Assembly (NCBI RefSeq): GCF_009914755.1
Contig: NC_060940.1
Reading direction: 5' to 3' (one strand)
DNA length: 64,000 nucleotides
Origin: the human T2T-CHM13v2.0 reference genome, Homo sapiens
Shown piece by piece: positions 41,760-57,245 of this stretch. A model generated the notes under the pieces. The model made no database searches, was not told where the DNA came from, and worked only from the letters and a program-made list of their open reading frames with translations. Numbering within the stretch: position 1 is the first letter of the stretch; each line of letters opens with the position of its first letter. Position numbers and translations under genes: made by a program.

Positions 41760-42456
41760 CTCTCAACAAAACATAGCAAGCTGAGCAAATGCAACTGAGT
41801 CAGGGTGGGGCCTGGAGAGCCGGGGATGAAGGCAGATGAGGCAGGAGGAGAGGGAGGGAGTAACTCATGGCCAGCTATTTAGTCTAGGGTCAGACATTGT
41901 CAAATGTGTGCTTTGGAAAGACCATCCTGGCTGTTCTAGGATTTTTCTGAAGTTTACAGGCCTCTTGACAGTGGCCCTGAGCTTCATGAAGTGACATGTT
42001 AGGATTCTGCCTGACTCACAAGTCCTAGTTAGCATAAGCTAACATGAGTCTGGTCCAGAGAAGATCTATCACTGCTGGGTTAAAGACAAGGTTTTGGATG
42101 CTAATCTGAACTGTGGTGACTGCACCCATTTTATAGATGAGGAAGTAAAGGCTCAGAGAACAAAAGTAACTTCTCAACACAGCATGGCTGGGAAACAGTC
42201 TATGTGATAATGGGCACAAAACCCAAGACTTTTCAAACCCAGGGACTTTACCAGACTCCAGTGAGTAGAAAAAAATGAATTTTAGATTAATAGAAGAACT
42301 TTCTAACACTGAGTCATCAGAAATGATATATTTATCATACTTTTACATAGGTTTACACATAGTAGACACTTTTTAAGGAGCTTACTAAATATTCACTCAT
42401 CTAATCCTCAAAAAACCATGTTTGGCAGGGACTATTATTATGCCCCTTTAAAAAAA

Positions 42457-42745
42457 TTTTTTTTTGAGACAGGGTCTCATTCTATTGCCCAGGCTGGAGG
42501 GCAGTGGCGCAATCTTGACTCATGGTAACCTTGGCATCCCAGGTCCAAGCAATCCTCCCACCTCAGCCTCCCAAGTAGTTGGGACCACAGGCATGCACCA
42601 CCATGCCCAACTAATTTTTGTATTTTTACTAGAGATGGGGTTGCACCATGTTGCCCAGACTGGTCTTGAACTCCTGGGCTCAAGTGATCCACTCACCGCA
42701 GTCTCCCAAAGTGCTGAGATTACAAGCATGAGCCACTGCGCCAGG
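42457..42745 (-). mobile_element. AluJ(b) inside a MIR
   Basis: Reverse Alu; TSD-like ctattat...ccc on both sides. Confidence 0.9.
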
Positions 42746-45145
42746 TTGCTATTATACCCATTTTTGGATGAATAAAATGAGACAGAAAGAGTTTAAGTAA
42801 TTCACTCAAGGTCATACAGTTTGTAAGCTGCAGAGCTGTGATTCAAACATGATTGGCTCATACTCTGAATCACTCTACCATGCCACCTCTTAGTACATAC
42901 AGTTTGGCTTGTGAGGCATTGGGCTTCTAGCCACCAGAGTCAGGCAAATGTTGGCAATTTTGCTAGATGAGACAGGACATATGGTAACACAAAGCACAAG
43001 CTTGCTATATATAAGACCAAATGCTCAAAACACGGTGACCAACCCTCCAGGGGTGTCCAGCATGGACACATAAGAGGCCCCTGAAATCTCCCAAGGTCCC
43101 TTCCAACTGTTTTGCCATCAGCGTCCCCAAAAAGGGGCAAGTGCAGGTTTGCATGCCCAAGGTCTCATCTCACCAGGAGAAAGCCAACAGCATGAACACG
43201 CACCACAGCACAGCAATGAGAACAGCTTATTTCAGGCAGCACCTGGCATGCACCTGTCCTTGTTCTGAGCATGTTGCTCACATTAACCAATCAAATCTTT
43301 CTACAGCATATGGCTCAGGTACTATTATCAATCATGGTTCATAGATGAGAAAATAGAGGCTAAGAAAATTATGCAATGTGCCCAAGTTACTTCACTGCAG
43401 GATCAGGAATTAGGTCTAATTTGTTATAAAATGATGCTGCAGCTACAGACTCAACTCCTAATCCTGAAACCACCCTTCTGGTTTAAAATACAACACAGAC
43501 CAGAAGGTTATGGGTTCAAAAGAGCAACTTATTCTGGTGGAGAAAGTCAGGGTCATTCAAGACAAGTGTGTCCATCTGTCAATGAGGCAGTGAGAGGCCA
43601 CTTTGAGCCAGGCTCTGCACCAGGGTCATGGGGGCTGTGGCAACAAGGAGGCTCTGTGTCTGCTTTCAAGGAGTCAAAATCCAGAAAGGCAAAAAGGAGA
43701 CATGGCAAAATCTCTCAGGGAGAAAGGAGAATATAGTTGGTGCCATGAAAGAGTTCAATGGGGCTTTTCTAGAGTACAGCCACTTGGCATTTCAGAGATC
43801 CACTGTCGGTTGATTGCACTTTTCTTTTTCTAACTTTGCAAGTAGCAAGGAACAAGGTCAAAAGTCAACTCTACCAGTTGAGCTCTGAGTGGCCACAATA
43901 ATGTATAGAGGCCTTGAGACCATGGAGAACAAGAAACACTCAGCTTATTTACTATGTCTTCCCCCAAACACACACATGCATGCACATTGGTACGGATGCA
44001 CGCACACTTCCATCTCAGGAAGAGGAATCAGTGGCACTCCCTCTCCCTCAAGAGTTCCACCAGCCCCTGTTTGAGTACCTATGGTGTGCCATGCACAGGG
44101 ATTACATTTAAAAGTAGAGGCTTAAACTAGAGGCATGTCTGAGGTGCTGCGAGAGCTCAGGGAGAAGTGACTGAGCGTGTCTCTGCGGTGCATGCTCAGT
44201 GAAGGCAGGAATCTCTTGGGTGTGTTTGCCTTGCACATCTCCCCAGGGCCCAGCTATGTCTGCTGCATAGTCAGTCAACAGCAAGAGCCTTTCGAATGGA
44301 TAAAAGAAGGGATATGTGACCTTGGCCAAGGTCAGCCTCCTCCTCCTGTCATATGAGGGTCCTACAGCCACTCAGAGCCTTGTGGAAGGATGCAGGATGG
44401 AAGGCACAGGACAGGCCTTGAGGAATGCAAGGCAAGCAGCCCATTGCTAGGAAAAGAATCGCTTTCTGAAAACTTAACATATTCACCAGAGTCTCTGTGA
44501 CAATCGAGGAAAAAACTCGATTTACATTTTTATTTGGAATTTTATTTGGAATTTTTGTCTTGGTTCCAGTAAGCAAGCCAAAGCTTCTTCCTTCTAGAAC
44601 ACCCACCTTGGGGTCTCACAAAGCGTCTCAGAGCTGGCCAAGGGCTCTGTCTGCTGCTCTGCCTGGCATGGGCCCCACGGCTGTGCCGCTTCCCTTAATT
44701 TGCTCACCTCTTCAGCAGATGCAATAAAAACCTTTCACTGGCTGACAACGAAAAGGCAGTGCTGCTCCAACTGCTGGATAATTCAGGAAGCCTCTTTCTC
44801 GTTTTAATTGGTTTCCTAATTGGACTGTTTATGGGTTGTGCAATAGCTTGGGATGAAAAGGTTGGGCGAACAATTATGTGCCTAGCATTTCTATCTGGCA
44901 GGAGTTAATAGTTTAATAACATGAAGGAGAAACCCCTAAAGTTCACTGGAATGCCATGGTTTTCGTGCTCAAAAAATATCTCGCTTGGAAACAATCCTCC
45001 AAGTCTGAACTGATGTCAAGCTGTGATCACCCAGCCGCAAGTTGGTGCTTCCCTGAGAGTCTTCGGGTTCCCTTTTGATTTAAGGGAACGTGAAGTACGG
45101 GGGCTCTCTGGGGCCTGCCAGGTTTTTAACTGCTCACTCGCTCAC

Positions 45146-45318
45146 TGGCTGGAGATAAGGAGGTAAGGAGGACCCTTGATGGGCTGATTGATTCTCTGGA
45201 AAGAAGGTTTGTCTTCCCTGGCGGGATAGATGACTTCATTCTGGTAGATGAGGTCACTCGAGTCAAAGACATAAAGCGTCTGATATTCACATGAAAGCCA
45301 GTTTTCAAAGCAGCCCAT
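45146..45318 (-). other. Candidate first coding exon (MGCFENWLSC...), gene unidentified
   Basis: ATG at 45318, 57 codons plus 2 nt, then CCA|gtgagc; a second gtgagc donor lies 8 nt further. Unique, mildly CpG-containing context. Confidence 0.3.
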
Positions 45319-48265
45319 GAAGAAAAGCACCCCCTTGCCGTTTGCCTACACTCCATCAGTAAAGTCCAGGCTGCACCAGAACCCTTCTTTCCATAGTAAA
45401 ATTTATCCCAGAATCCAATTCGTGCCCCCAAAGCAGACTCTGAAGCCAAATTGGATGGTTCTAATTTACAAAAATTGGTGGGGGACCCAGCGGGGGGTGC
45501 GTTGTGCAGAAAAATGTCCGGAACGACTTGGACATTTGGCTGAAATAAGCTGAGTGACTTTTCCCCAAAGGAAATCATATCCTAATTGTTGCCACATCGT
45601 TGCAACTGGGTCCTTGGTTATTTTAAACAAGCTCACTGGTCTCTTTCAGCTCTGAAAGTCCCTGGTATCAATTTTCTGGTAGAGAAACAGCAGACTTGGG
45701 AACTCGGCTTTCATCTAATCCTGTAGATTACAAGTAACTTTTTCATAATGCTACTGCACTGTGACGGCGTTATCTAAGGCAGCAACGCTAGGGGAGGTTT
45801 GGATTTGGGAACAGACAGAAACGTTGGAGTTTTTATTGCATGTTTTGTTGCAATAAAAGAATAAGATGAGCTCTGCCTATTACTGCAAATTAGAATTCTT
45901 TGCCCAAATAACAAAGTCCGTTTATGACTTGGGTCTTGGACTGATCTTATTTGTCTCCGTTTCATGTGCTTTATCTGGTTTAGCACTTGGAGCTTGATGG
46001 TGGATTTGAGCAATTAGCTAACTTCCTCAAGCTATGGTTTCCTTTACGTGAAATAGTACTGACTCCAAGAATGAATAAGGTAATCCCGTGTTTTGTAGAA
46101 ACTGAGATGCCATCCATTGTAGGATGCTATATTATTTTGTCCCTCCAAAAGGAAAAAGCACTGACAATTAAACCATATCCCAAAGTTTTCTTATCATATG
46201 CTTTGTTGAAAAGTTTTTTAAAAAGATTCAAATAAGCATAGATTTTAGTTATCTATCATCCTTGGCCTGTTGTTCAGAATATTTGTTGAAAACATCTTTT
46301 TAAAGATTTCTTTAGACATAGATTTTAATCATACATCACCCTTGGCATTCATAAAAAATGGAAATGAGATGTATTGGTTAAGGTCATAACCACTGCTTAC
46401 CTAGAGACAGTTGTAAGAAGCCCTCAATTGAAAGACACTGATATCTCTGATTTCAGAAATTCAAAGGGGAAGAGGTGTACATTAGAATAGAGGAAACGTA
46501 CCAGCTTGGGACATAGTAAATACTCAATAAAAGATAGTCGTTATAGCATTAATTATCATTCCTGAAAGGAATTGTAATGTGTGTAATTGCAAATTTTCTC
46601 TTTCTCCACTTTATATCCAATGGAGTTTCGATCTGTTTTGATGTCTGGGTTTCCCTAGTAAAAGGCAGCTCTTGCCAAGGCCTTACACTTGTCCTGGGTC
46701 TGACCACCTGGGGTCTCTGAATAGTTCCACCTAGGTGTCCCCCTTGACCTGGCTTAAGTCACAGGTTCATTTCTAAAGCAGGAGATTGGATGTGTTGTGG
46801 CCAGAACTGGGTCATGTGCCCACCTCTGGGTAGAGTTGGTCCACTTAAGCTACATGGCCTGGGAGTGGGGAAAGAGTGGTTTCCCGAAGAAAGATCAAGG
46901 TGATGTATTACGAAAAAGGAGAAATGGCTGTGGGGCAGTAAAAACCATGTTACTTGACTCAGTTCTCAGACAGCCACAGTTAGTTTAGCAGCTGCCTTGG
47001 GCCCAGACCAACTCAGGGATTCAGGAATCCCCTGACACCCTCAAGTCTCCACAAGGAGCTAAGCAAACTCAGAAGCAGCCTGGCAAACTATAAACAAATA
47101 ACAAAATTTCTGTAAGCAGAAGCCACCTCTCCACACAGGAGTCAGAGGGCTCTTTCTGTAAGGAGCATTGCACCTCTTCTTGAATGCACATGTAAGGATG
47201 GTAGAAGGTATCTGCCAAACTCAGCAAGATCACCCAACGTGCTTGTATTTCCTCTTTCATGTTGCTGGCTACTACAAAAGTGCAGTCAAATACATCTGAA
47301 ACACTTTCATCAAGGTTAAGAATTCTCAGAAAGGACAGCAGCCATCAATTGAAGAGATATCAGTGAGAAAAATTTTCAGCTACTCATTCATTAACCATTA
47401 ATTCTAACTTCATCCCTTCAACAACCCCTCAAGAATTATGCTAGCTTTAGATTTTTCTAGGTTTGAAGCATCTAATTTGCAGAGAATGTGTTCCAATATT
47501 ATCAAGTCTTCTGCAGCCACATTTCCCAAAATGTGGATGTAAATTATTAAGTGTGATGTGAAAAAAAATAATTCCACCATCAAATAAGTTGGAAAAATGC
47601 TGTGATTATTGTTACAGGACTTCTCAGAGCCTTTAATGACAATTTTATTACCTAGTAGTTATTGAATTCCCAACACATCTAAGTGTCCTTCATGAAATAT
47701 TTTAGTTTATTCTCTCAACATTAACATCTCTATGAGGTAAGGATTCAGAACGTGATTGCTATCCTATAGTTAAGAAAAATGAGGCACATGTGTTTAGTGA
47801 CTTGAACAAGGGTGTGGCCAGAATTCAAATCAATGCTAACCCCAGAGCTCGCATTTTTAAAACCCTACACCACACTGGCTCCATTCAAGTGTTGATATGA
47901 GCCTCTGAGACTGAAATTAAAACAAGCAGATTTCGTTCAACTTATTTAACACAAAACCTTCTTTTGTAGGATCTCACGAACTTCAGCTTGCACACATCCC
48001 GTGTTGGAAGATGCCAGCCTAAAACAATTGTCCATTTTTCCAAGCTCCTCTGAACCGATATGTATGGAATATAAACACCTAGCACATTCTAGATGCTATA
48101 TTTGAGGGTGAGGATAGGACAAGATTCCTCCCTTAGGGAAACTCGTTGTCTAGAAGACAAGATGATAGATAGACTCTTTGGTGCTGTGATGGACATGCAA
48201 ATAATGGACTGTGGACAAACCAACTCCACTTGGGGGCACCCTAGAATATCTCCAAGAGGACATGC

Positions 48266-48564
<299 letters not shown>

Positions 48565-48944
48565 GGATAGGTTTGAATTGTGGGCCTTAAAGGATGAATA
48601 GAGCCTGCCAAGCACACACAAAAAAGGGGCAGAGATATTGCAAGCAGAGGAGGCAGCATGGTTACCTATACCTCCCCCAAGGAGTAATGTTCCAGAAATA
48701 ATTAAATGGCATGAGGTGGCCATAGATTTGCTTGTGAACTTTGCTCCCAAACTTTCTATAACCAAGAAAATGACATTACAGGAGATGCTATGAACACCTG
48801 TCTTTGTGAGAAAGAAGCTTTGCCAAAAACCTACTGTCCTTGGGTGGTTTCAAAAGATGCTGATGGAGTTTTGCAGGGTCTTGGACACCACACAGAAGCA
48901 GATCTCACAACCAACAGGGTAAGGTTGCTCCCCACAATGACCCT

Positions 48945-49620
48945 ATGTGGCAGTTTTTAAAAAGGTTTGCAAATTATTTGGCCTTCCTCCTTCCAAAAGG
49001 TGGAGTCTAATTTCTCTCTCCTTGAATGTAGGTCAGACTTAGTGACTTATATTACTTTTCTTTTTTGAGACAGGGTCTTGCTTTGTTGGCTAGGTTGGAA
49101 TGCAGTGGCACGATTACGGCTCACTGCAGCCTCGACTCCCGGGCTCGAACAATTCTCCCACCACAGCCTCTCAAGTAGCTGGGACTGTAGGTGTGCACCA
49201 GCATGCCTGGCTAAATTTTTATTTTTATTTTTGCAGAGACAGGGTCTCACTATGTTGCCCAGGCTGATCTCTAAGTCTTGGGCTCAAATAATCTTCCCAC
49301 TTCAGTCTCCCAAAGTGTTGGGATTACAGGCATGAGCCATGGCATCGGGCCATGACTTACTTTTAATGAATGGAATATGACAAAAGGGATTCTCTGACTT
49401 CCGAGGTTAAGTCATAAAAAGAATACAGCTTCTGCCTAGCGTTCAGTGCTATCTTTTTCTGTTTATCTTTCTTCCTCTCCATTATCCCCATTCCTACCTC
49501 TCTCTGAACACTCACTTTTGGAACCCAGCCACCATGTTGTGAGGAAGCCCAAGCTCCCTGGAGAAACCACTTGGAAATATTTCAGCAGATGGCCGCAGCT
49601 GAGGTCTCAGCCAATGAAGT
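48945..49620. mobile_element. MLT1-type MaLR LTR split by an Alu
   Basis: 'aggtggagtctaatttctctctccttgaatgtagg', 'ggaacccagccaccatgttgtgaggaagccc'. Confidence 0.7.
49056..49351 (-). mobile_element. AluJ
   Basis: Reverse Alu; tgactta on both sides. Confidence 0.9.
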
Positions 49621-50585
49621 CACATGTGGAGTTCGTTATTTGTGCACTTAACTTATCCAAATTTAGCTAGACATCCTTGGTAGGTATGGTGGTCAGAGAG
49701 AAGGGAATCATTCCCCTGCCTTAAAAAAAATAAAAGCCTATTTGTGTATTTCTCTTTTTCTGTATACTCCATGGAAAGAGGAACCACAGTAAAAATGCAG
49801 AGAAGAACAGCACAATTTATATGGGGGCTTTGGGGCTTCAGAGGGCTCAGGTCCTGGAGGTTATAAGAGTCTGCCTTACAGAGATTTAAAAATATTTTTA
49901 GCAGGTACCATGTGAACTCCACTGTCTATAAAGCACCCATGCTCAAAACACAGTAATATTAAGAGTATTCAAGAGACTTGGAGATTTCCATGGCTCTACC
50001 AGGCACTCACCTCCTCTGTTCAACCTTCTAAATGGGTGAGAAGCTTCTATTTACTCAAGACCAGCCACTTCCCTCAAGGAATAATGACAAGGTAGCTCCA
50101 GTCTGTGCTGGAGAAACCCCAAAGATTTCATCTGACAATTCAGAGGCTGCTGCACACCATGCCAGGTGCTAAGTAAGATCTGGACCCAGAAGGGGAAGAG
50201 GGAAGCCATCCACCCTGCACTTAATGAACTTCCAACCAGGCCATCTTCCCGCCCACTATGGGGTAAATGCTGCCTGACGGCCTCTGCCTGGGAGGGGCAC
50301 TGCAAAGCTGTCAGTTTTCAATCATAGGTTGGAAGACTCTTTCCCGGTTTTTCTCATTGGTAAAAGGCAATTGGGTGTACCCATCCTTCAGTGCTTCAAC
50401 AGCCAGGGTTGAAAATTAAAAGGTTTTCTTTTTGACTATCAGTTAAAGAAAAAATGGAGTTAACTGGAAAAGGCCTAAAGCATTCTGAGTTGTTTGTTGT
50501 CCTTATAATTGGGGTGGTGGGTGGGTCTCCTGCCTCCAGGCTCTGTGGAGCTACAGCTGTGTCCAGTGGTGGAGATGGGCTGTAA

Positions 50586-50924
<339 letters not shown>

Positions 50925-52218
50925 TTACTGCAGCAATAAATGTTACGAGAAGTAAAGGGGATTCTGAGGGTATCTGATGGGAGTGGGGGATTCCATGTTC
51001 CCTTCCATTGCTATTTCAACCTTGCTTGTGTGGGTGCAAAAGACTCCTTGTGAGACGGCTTGCTTGGAGGGAGGAAGGTTGCAGCCAGCTCCTTTTCTTA
51101 TAACCAGCATCCATATCATTACCCACGGAGCGCCCTCAGCAGGTGCATGAATGCACTCCCCCACCCCCACCACAGTCCACACAAATAAAATCCTAAGAAT
51201 GGCCAATATATTCTGCAGAAAGTCACAATAGCCCACAAGAAGTAATGCATAAACTCATAACTTCCAGCCCAGGCTATTTAGCATCCCATTAAAAATATTC
51301 AAAATATAAATCAAAATTCATGGGAATAAGTAATATTCAATTTAGAATTTATGGCATTTTAAAATAGGATGATTTCCTCAAATGTGCAATAAATTTGGTT
51401 TTGTGGAATTGCACTCGTCACCTTATCGTGACGGTTGCTTTATCTACACAGCCCACCAAAGCGGAGTCACTTTATAGAATCTAAATTCACAAATCAACTG
51501 TCGTCTTCACTTCACTGATTCACTGCTGATGGGCCTTTCACAAGGTAAAAAAAAAAAAAATCCCTTCCAAGTTGACAAGAGTAATAAATGAGGAGGTTAG
51601 TGCTGCCCATCCATCCGGCTGGCCCGCTGACCTGCCTGTAGTGATACATGGCAGAATAAACTCATAAACGAGCCGCATCTTTTGACCTCTGCAGAGTAAA
51701 TGGAAACAGAAGAGCATTTATGATGATCACGGTGTTTAAGGATTATGGTCTGACCAGAGAATTTTACAAAGCCAAAGGAACACCTTGAAAATAAGAACCC
51801 AGACCAGATAACTGAGTCAAAAATCCTGAAATTTTGGAGAGGTTTTCTCTTTATCCATTTTTACTGCCCCTGTGATCCTGTTGTTTAATAAGGTGAGTGA
51901 GTGCCAGTGTAGGACACATAACTGGGAAGGGGCACCTTTGAGTCTGCAGAGAAAACACCGTTGAAACACTAGGAGGAAGGAGGAAATGAAGTTTACCAAA
52001 TCAAAGGTTATGCTTATGCTGCAGATGTTCTCAGAGCCGCCCATGTACAGCTTTTGTGAATGTCAAGTTCTAGCCCCAAATAAGGTAAGGAAAACCCTTA
52101 CTTTGGCCAGTGCAAGAAATGACTATAATTAACAAATTCACAGCTATGAAGAGTTTTCTTAAAAATGTAAAACTATCTTTTATTAAAAAAATGACTTCAT
52201 TAACTTAAGTGTGGCCTA

Positions 52219-52628
<410 letters not shown>

Positions 52629-53200
52629 TCAAAGCAAAATACAACGATTAACTATGTTTGAAAGAGAAGCAAGAAACAAATTTAGTGGCATCTTAGCCAT
52701 GACACATGCAAGCACGTAGATTTCAATTTTCTGAACTCAACTCTGGGGCAGAAAGAATACCTAAGAACTCAAAATACTAACATGATTTTGAATATCAGCC
52801 GGTATCCAGAAATGAATTTCTGCTTTTAGAAATCCTCAACAGTAGTGACATATTTAAGCAAAGGCTAATTCTGACCTCATATTCAAAGTTTTTACACAGA
52901 TGCTCTTTCGGGAAGATAAATGTTTTAAGGAACTATTTTAAATAATAAAAAATAATACAACATAATTATAGAAAAGTTGGAAGAAGAAAAAGATCAGATT
53001 ATCTGCAATAAAGTCACCCTAATGCAACTATTTTTATGTGTTCACTTTTACTTTTACATATGTGCTCTTGCACATATATAATTTTATATATTTTTTATTT
53101 CATGTTTTATTTTACTGTTTTTTCATGCTAATTTTAATTTAAATGACTATGTAATTATCTATCACATGGATACACTGTAATTTAGCTTATAATTTTTTAA

Positions 53201-53539
<339 letters not shown>

Positions 53540-53599
53540 TAATAGTCTGATTAATGACTTCATATTTATGAAAAATATGCTCACTGACATATACTCATG

Positions 53600-56020
53600 G
53601 ACATATAAAATTTAAAAGACTAGTTAAATTGCAAATTAAATACCACTGAGGAGAGCACTAGTGAACCATAAGAGAGATCTGAGAAAGTTACTCAGAATAG
53701 AGTGACTCTGACTCTATCCTCTGAATCTGTCTTTCATAGGATCTATTTTTCTATGCCTCCACACTCCATTCTAAGTAACTTTCTCAGCTCACTCTTATGG
53801 CTCACTAGTGTTTTTCACAGATGAATATAGGAATAATTTCACAGATGAATATAGGAAGAATGGGGGAGGTCATCATATCTAAAGTATAGATGGAGGCTGA
53901 GAATTTCCTAGAATTGAAGAGTCATGAGTCCTCAAATAAAAGAAGCACATTAAATATTGAGAATAAATTGAAGAAATTTATATTCCTACATATGGTAATG
54001 AAAGTACAGAATACTAAAGACAGAGGAAAAATCCTGAAAGCAAAATCTTAGAAAAAAGAACTGCAATTAAAATGAAAATAGGCTTGCCTGAAGCAATCAA
54101 GGCTAGTAAATAACAGAATAATATCTTCAAGTTTTGAAGGAAACTAATATTCAAAATATACACAGTTAATTACTTAAAAGAGGATCAAATAAAAGTTGTT
54201 CAATAAAGGTAGAGTTTGCTACTCAAAGAACCTTGCTACTAAGGGATAGCTTGGGGAAAGAAAATCTATAAGTAGATCTCAAGAAGTTTGGGGAGCAAAA
54301 TTGGTAAACTACATAGAGACCACATTCCACGACCATAATACAACTAAGTTATAAAAAGCCAATCTTTGCATGTATTTGGAGATTAAACAACAATAAAAAC
54401 AGCCAAAACCTTCTACATAGCCATGGGTCAGGAAATAAAATATAGTAAAAATAATGAAATATTTAGAACTGAATGACAAAAGATTAGTTTTTGAAGCTTG
54501 TACTACAAAAGCAAAATGATAGTAAGTGAAATAACTGTAGCACTGAAGTTACATATTATAGAAGAATTATCAAGCTAATTATCCAACTCAAGAATTTAGG
54601 AAATGAGCAAGTCTAAAGATGGCAGGAGGAAAGATATAATAACAGAAATTAATAAAATGGGAAACAAAATAGTTTGATCAGCAAAATTAAAAGCTGTCTC
54701 TTTGAACAAATGAATAGACAAAACTCTAGCAAGATTCATTAAGAAAATAAGAGAGAAGGTCCAATGAACAATATTATCAAAAAGGAAACACAACCGTGAA
54801 TGCAATAGAACTTTTAAAAATAATAAGAGAAAGGCATGAACAGCTTTATATGAATAAATGTAAAAACTCAGACGGAATGGAAAATTTGTAGAAACATGTA
54901 ATAATCAAAATTGACTCAGGAAGAAATAGAAAACTTACATAGTACATTAAATAAATATGATCGGTAGTCACAAACCATTTTCCAGAAACACAAGGCTCAG
55001 ATGACTTGTTAGGTGAGTGTTATCATCAAAGAACTGATAACCCCAGTTATATACAATCTATATTCCAGAACAGAAAAAGACGGTTTTCCAACTGACATCA
55101 AAACAAGACAAGGACGCTATTTAAAAGTAAAACCACGGAAATATCCTACTCGTGAATTTAGGTTTAATTTTCAGTGGAATTTTATTTCTCCATTTATTAT
55201 GATTATGCTTGTTTTTTTAATGTTAGTGTGTTGAATTACATTAATGCATTCAGAATAATAAGTGCAGAAAGAAATGCAGAAAGAAAATAATAAATGCAGA
55301 AAGAAAATTCCAGTTCAACTCAATTCTTATTCATGACAAAAGCAATTGCAAACAGCAAATAGAAGGGATTTTCTCACCTTGATAAACCATATGTACCAAA
55401 AACTCATAGCAAACACCGTATGTTATGGTAAAACTTGAGGGGTATTACATTCAAAGTCAGTAATAAGAAACAAATGATCTCTATTTCCATTTTTATTCAT
55501 CATTGTTCTGGTGGTTCTAGAAAGTGTAATAAAATAAATCAAATAGGAAAGTAAAATAATTTTAAAGGCAGAAATAACATCACATTACTCATGTGCATTA
55601 TTAATATAATTGTCTACATAGAAAATCCAAAAGAACTCTTATAATAAATTATAAGAAAGTACAAAAAGAGCAATATAAAAGCAGTGAGATGTCTATAGAA
55701 CTATCAAAAATGTAATTTTAAAAAACCTCATTTGTAATAGCAACATAAATTTCTAAGTACCCAGAATTAAATATATCCCAACATGTATAAGTCCTTTACA
55801 ATGAAAATTATAAAATTTTATAGAAGATCATAAAATAATGTCTAAATAAATTCAAAATGTTTTTGGAAGGAAGGTTCAATATCGTAAATGTAGCAATCAC
55901 TCTTAAATAAATCTATAAATTCAATACAATTCCAAGAAAAATTCTAACAGCTCTTTCTCAGAAGGTGACAAGCTGATCCTAAAATTTATATGGTATAACA
56001 AGAGTTGAAAAACATTCAGG
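53600..56020 (+). mobile_element. Ancient L1M ORF1/ORF2 relic with small internal inversions
   Basis: A-rich, with degenerate L1 motifs ('gctgagaatttcctagaattga', 'aaaattgactcaggaagaaatagaaaac', 'attgtctacatagaaaatccaaaagaa', 'gacaagctgatcctaaaatttatatgg'). Confidence 0.8.
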
Positions 56021-56046
56021 TGAGCACTCAATAAACTTTTAGGTAC

Positions 56047-56094
56047 TGTCATCATTTCCATCACCACCACCATCATCATCATCATCATCATCAT
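56047..56094. repeat. (CAT)n/(CAC)n microsatellite
   Basis: Visible directly; gives the poly-M ORF on the minus strand. Confidence 0.9.
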
Positions 56095-56587
56095 TTTGAC
56101 AAAGAACTTCATGTCTCTCTAGTGATACTCAATTTCTGCTGTGATTTTCTTCTGAATAAATGCAACTTGGAAAATGTAATTGCCATTTCATCAGCTGCTG
56201 GAAAGAAGTGTCCCATGACATTGCTTCGCCAGCACAAAGACATTTATTTACTGGAAACATCTAGTAGTTGTTGACTTCCAAGGCTCTGTGAGGCCCTTAC
56301 AAATGACACTTTCTTACTCAAAAAGGATGCCTCACCTGACAAGGTAATGCCAGGAGACAAAAAGACACCATTTGAGTTTGAATTGAGAACAGGGGTCTCT
56401 TTGGAATGAAGCCACACACATAGAGCAAGCATGATCTTGCTATTTTCTCGGGAATTCAGACTGTCCCATGATTTCTGTGTTTGTGACATTTGGTACTCCG
56501 CATGTTTTTCCACATGGAAATACTTTTCTAAGGATGAAGGCTGGAGTATTTCACTCAGTTATTAGGACTATAATTTTATCTACCCAC

Positions 56588-57245
56588 TTCATGAATATTT
56601 ATTGAACATTTACTATGTGCCAGTCAGGGCTCTAAATGTTAGAGATACAGCAGTAAACAAAACTGACAGAAAGGCCTTGACCTCAAGGAGCTTAGATTCT
56701 TATTAGAGGAAGCAGACATAAACAAGGTAATTAAGTAAAAATACACAGTGTGTTACGTAGGGATAAATGCTTAGGAGAAAAACAAAGCAGGAAAAGGGAA
56801 AGCAGTAAATGTGAGGTGACAGTGGCTCAGGACAGAGGGAGGCAGACGGCCGAGAGTGGCCATATTGATAGCTAGGGGAGCAGAGTTCTGCAAAGAGGTA
56901 ACAGCATGTGCACAGTGTCTGAAGTAAGAGTGTGCTTGGCTCATTCAAGAGACATCAAGAGGGCCATTGCAGCTAAAATAAAGTGAGCACAAGGGCAGAG
57001 AAAGAGAAGCGGTCAGAGAAGCAATGGGGTGGAGCCCCGTTGGTGTTGGGCCTTATGCATCCTTGTAAGGAATTGGCTTTTGCTTAGAGAGCAATAGGGA
57101 GCTACAGAAGGGTTTTGCTCAGGAGAGTGACAAGATCTAACATATGTGGTTAAAGGATCCCTCTGGCTGCTGAGTTGTGTGCAAACCGTTCAGGGGCTTT
57201 GGTGGAAGCTATTGCACTACATCCACTAATAGATGCTGGTGCTTG
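56588..57245 (-). mobile_element. L2 LINE 3' fragment
   Basis: 'atatttattgaacatttactatgtgccag', 'aaaggatccctctggctgctg'. Confidence 0.75.
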
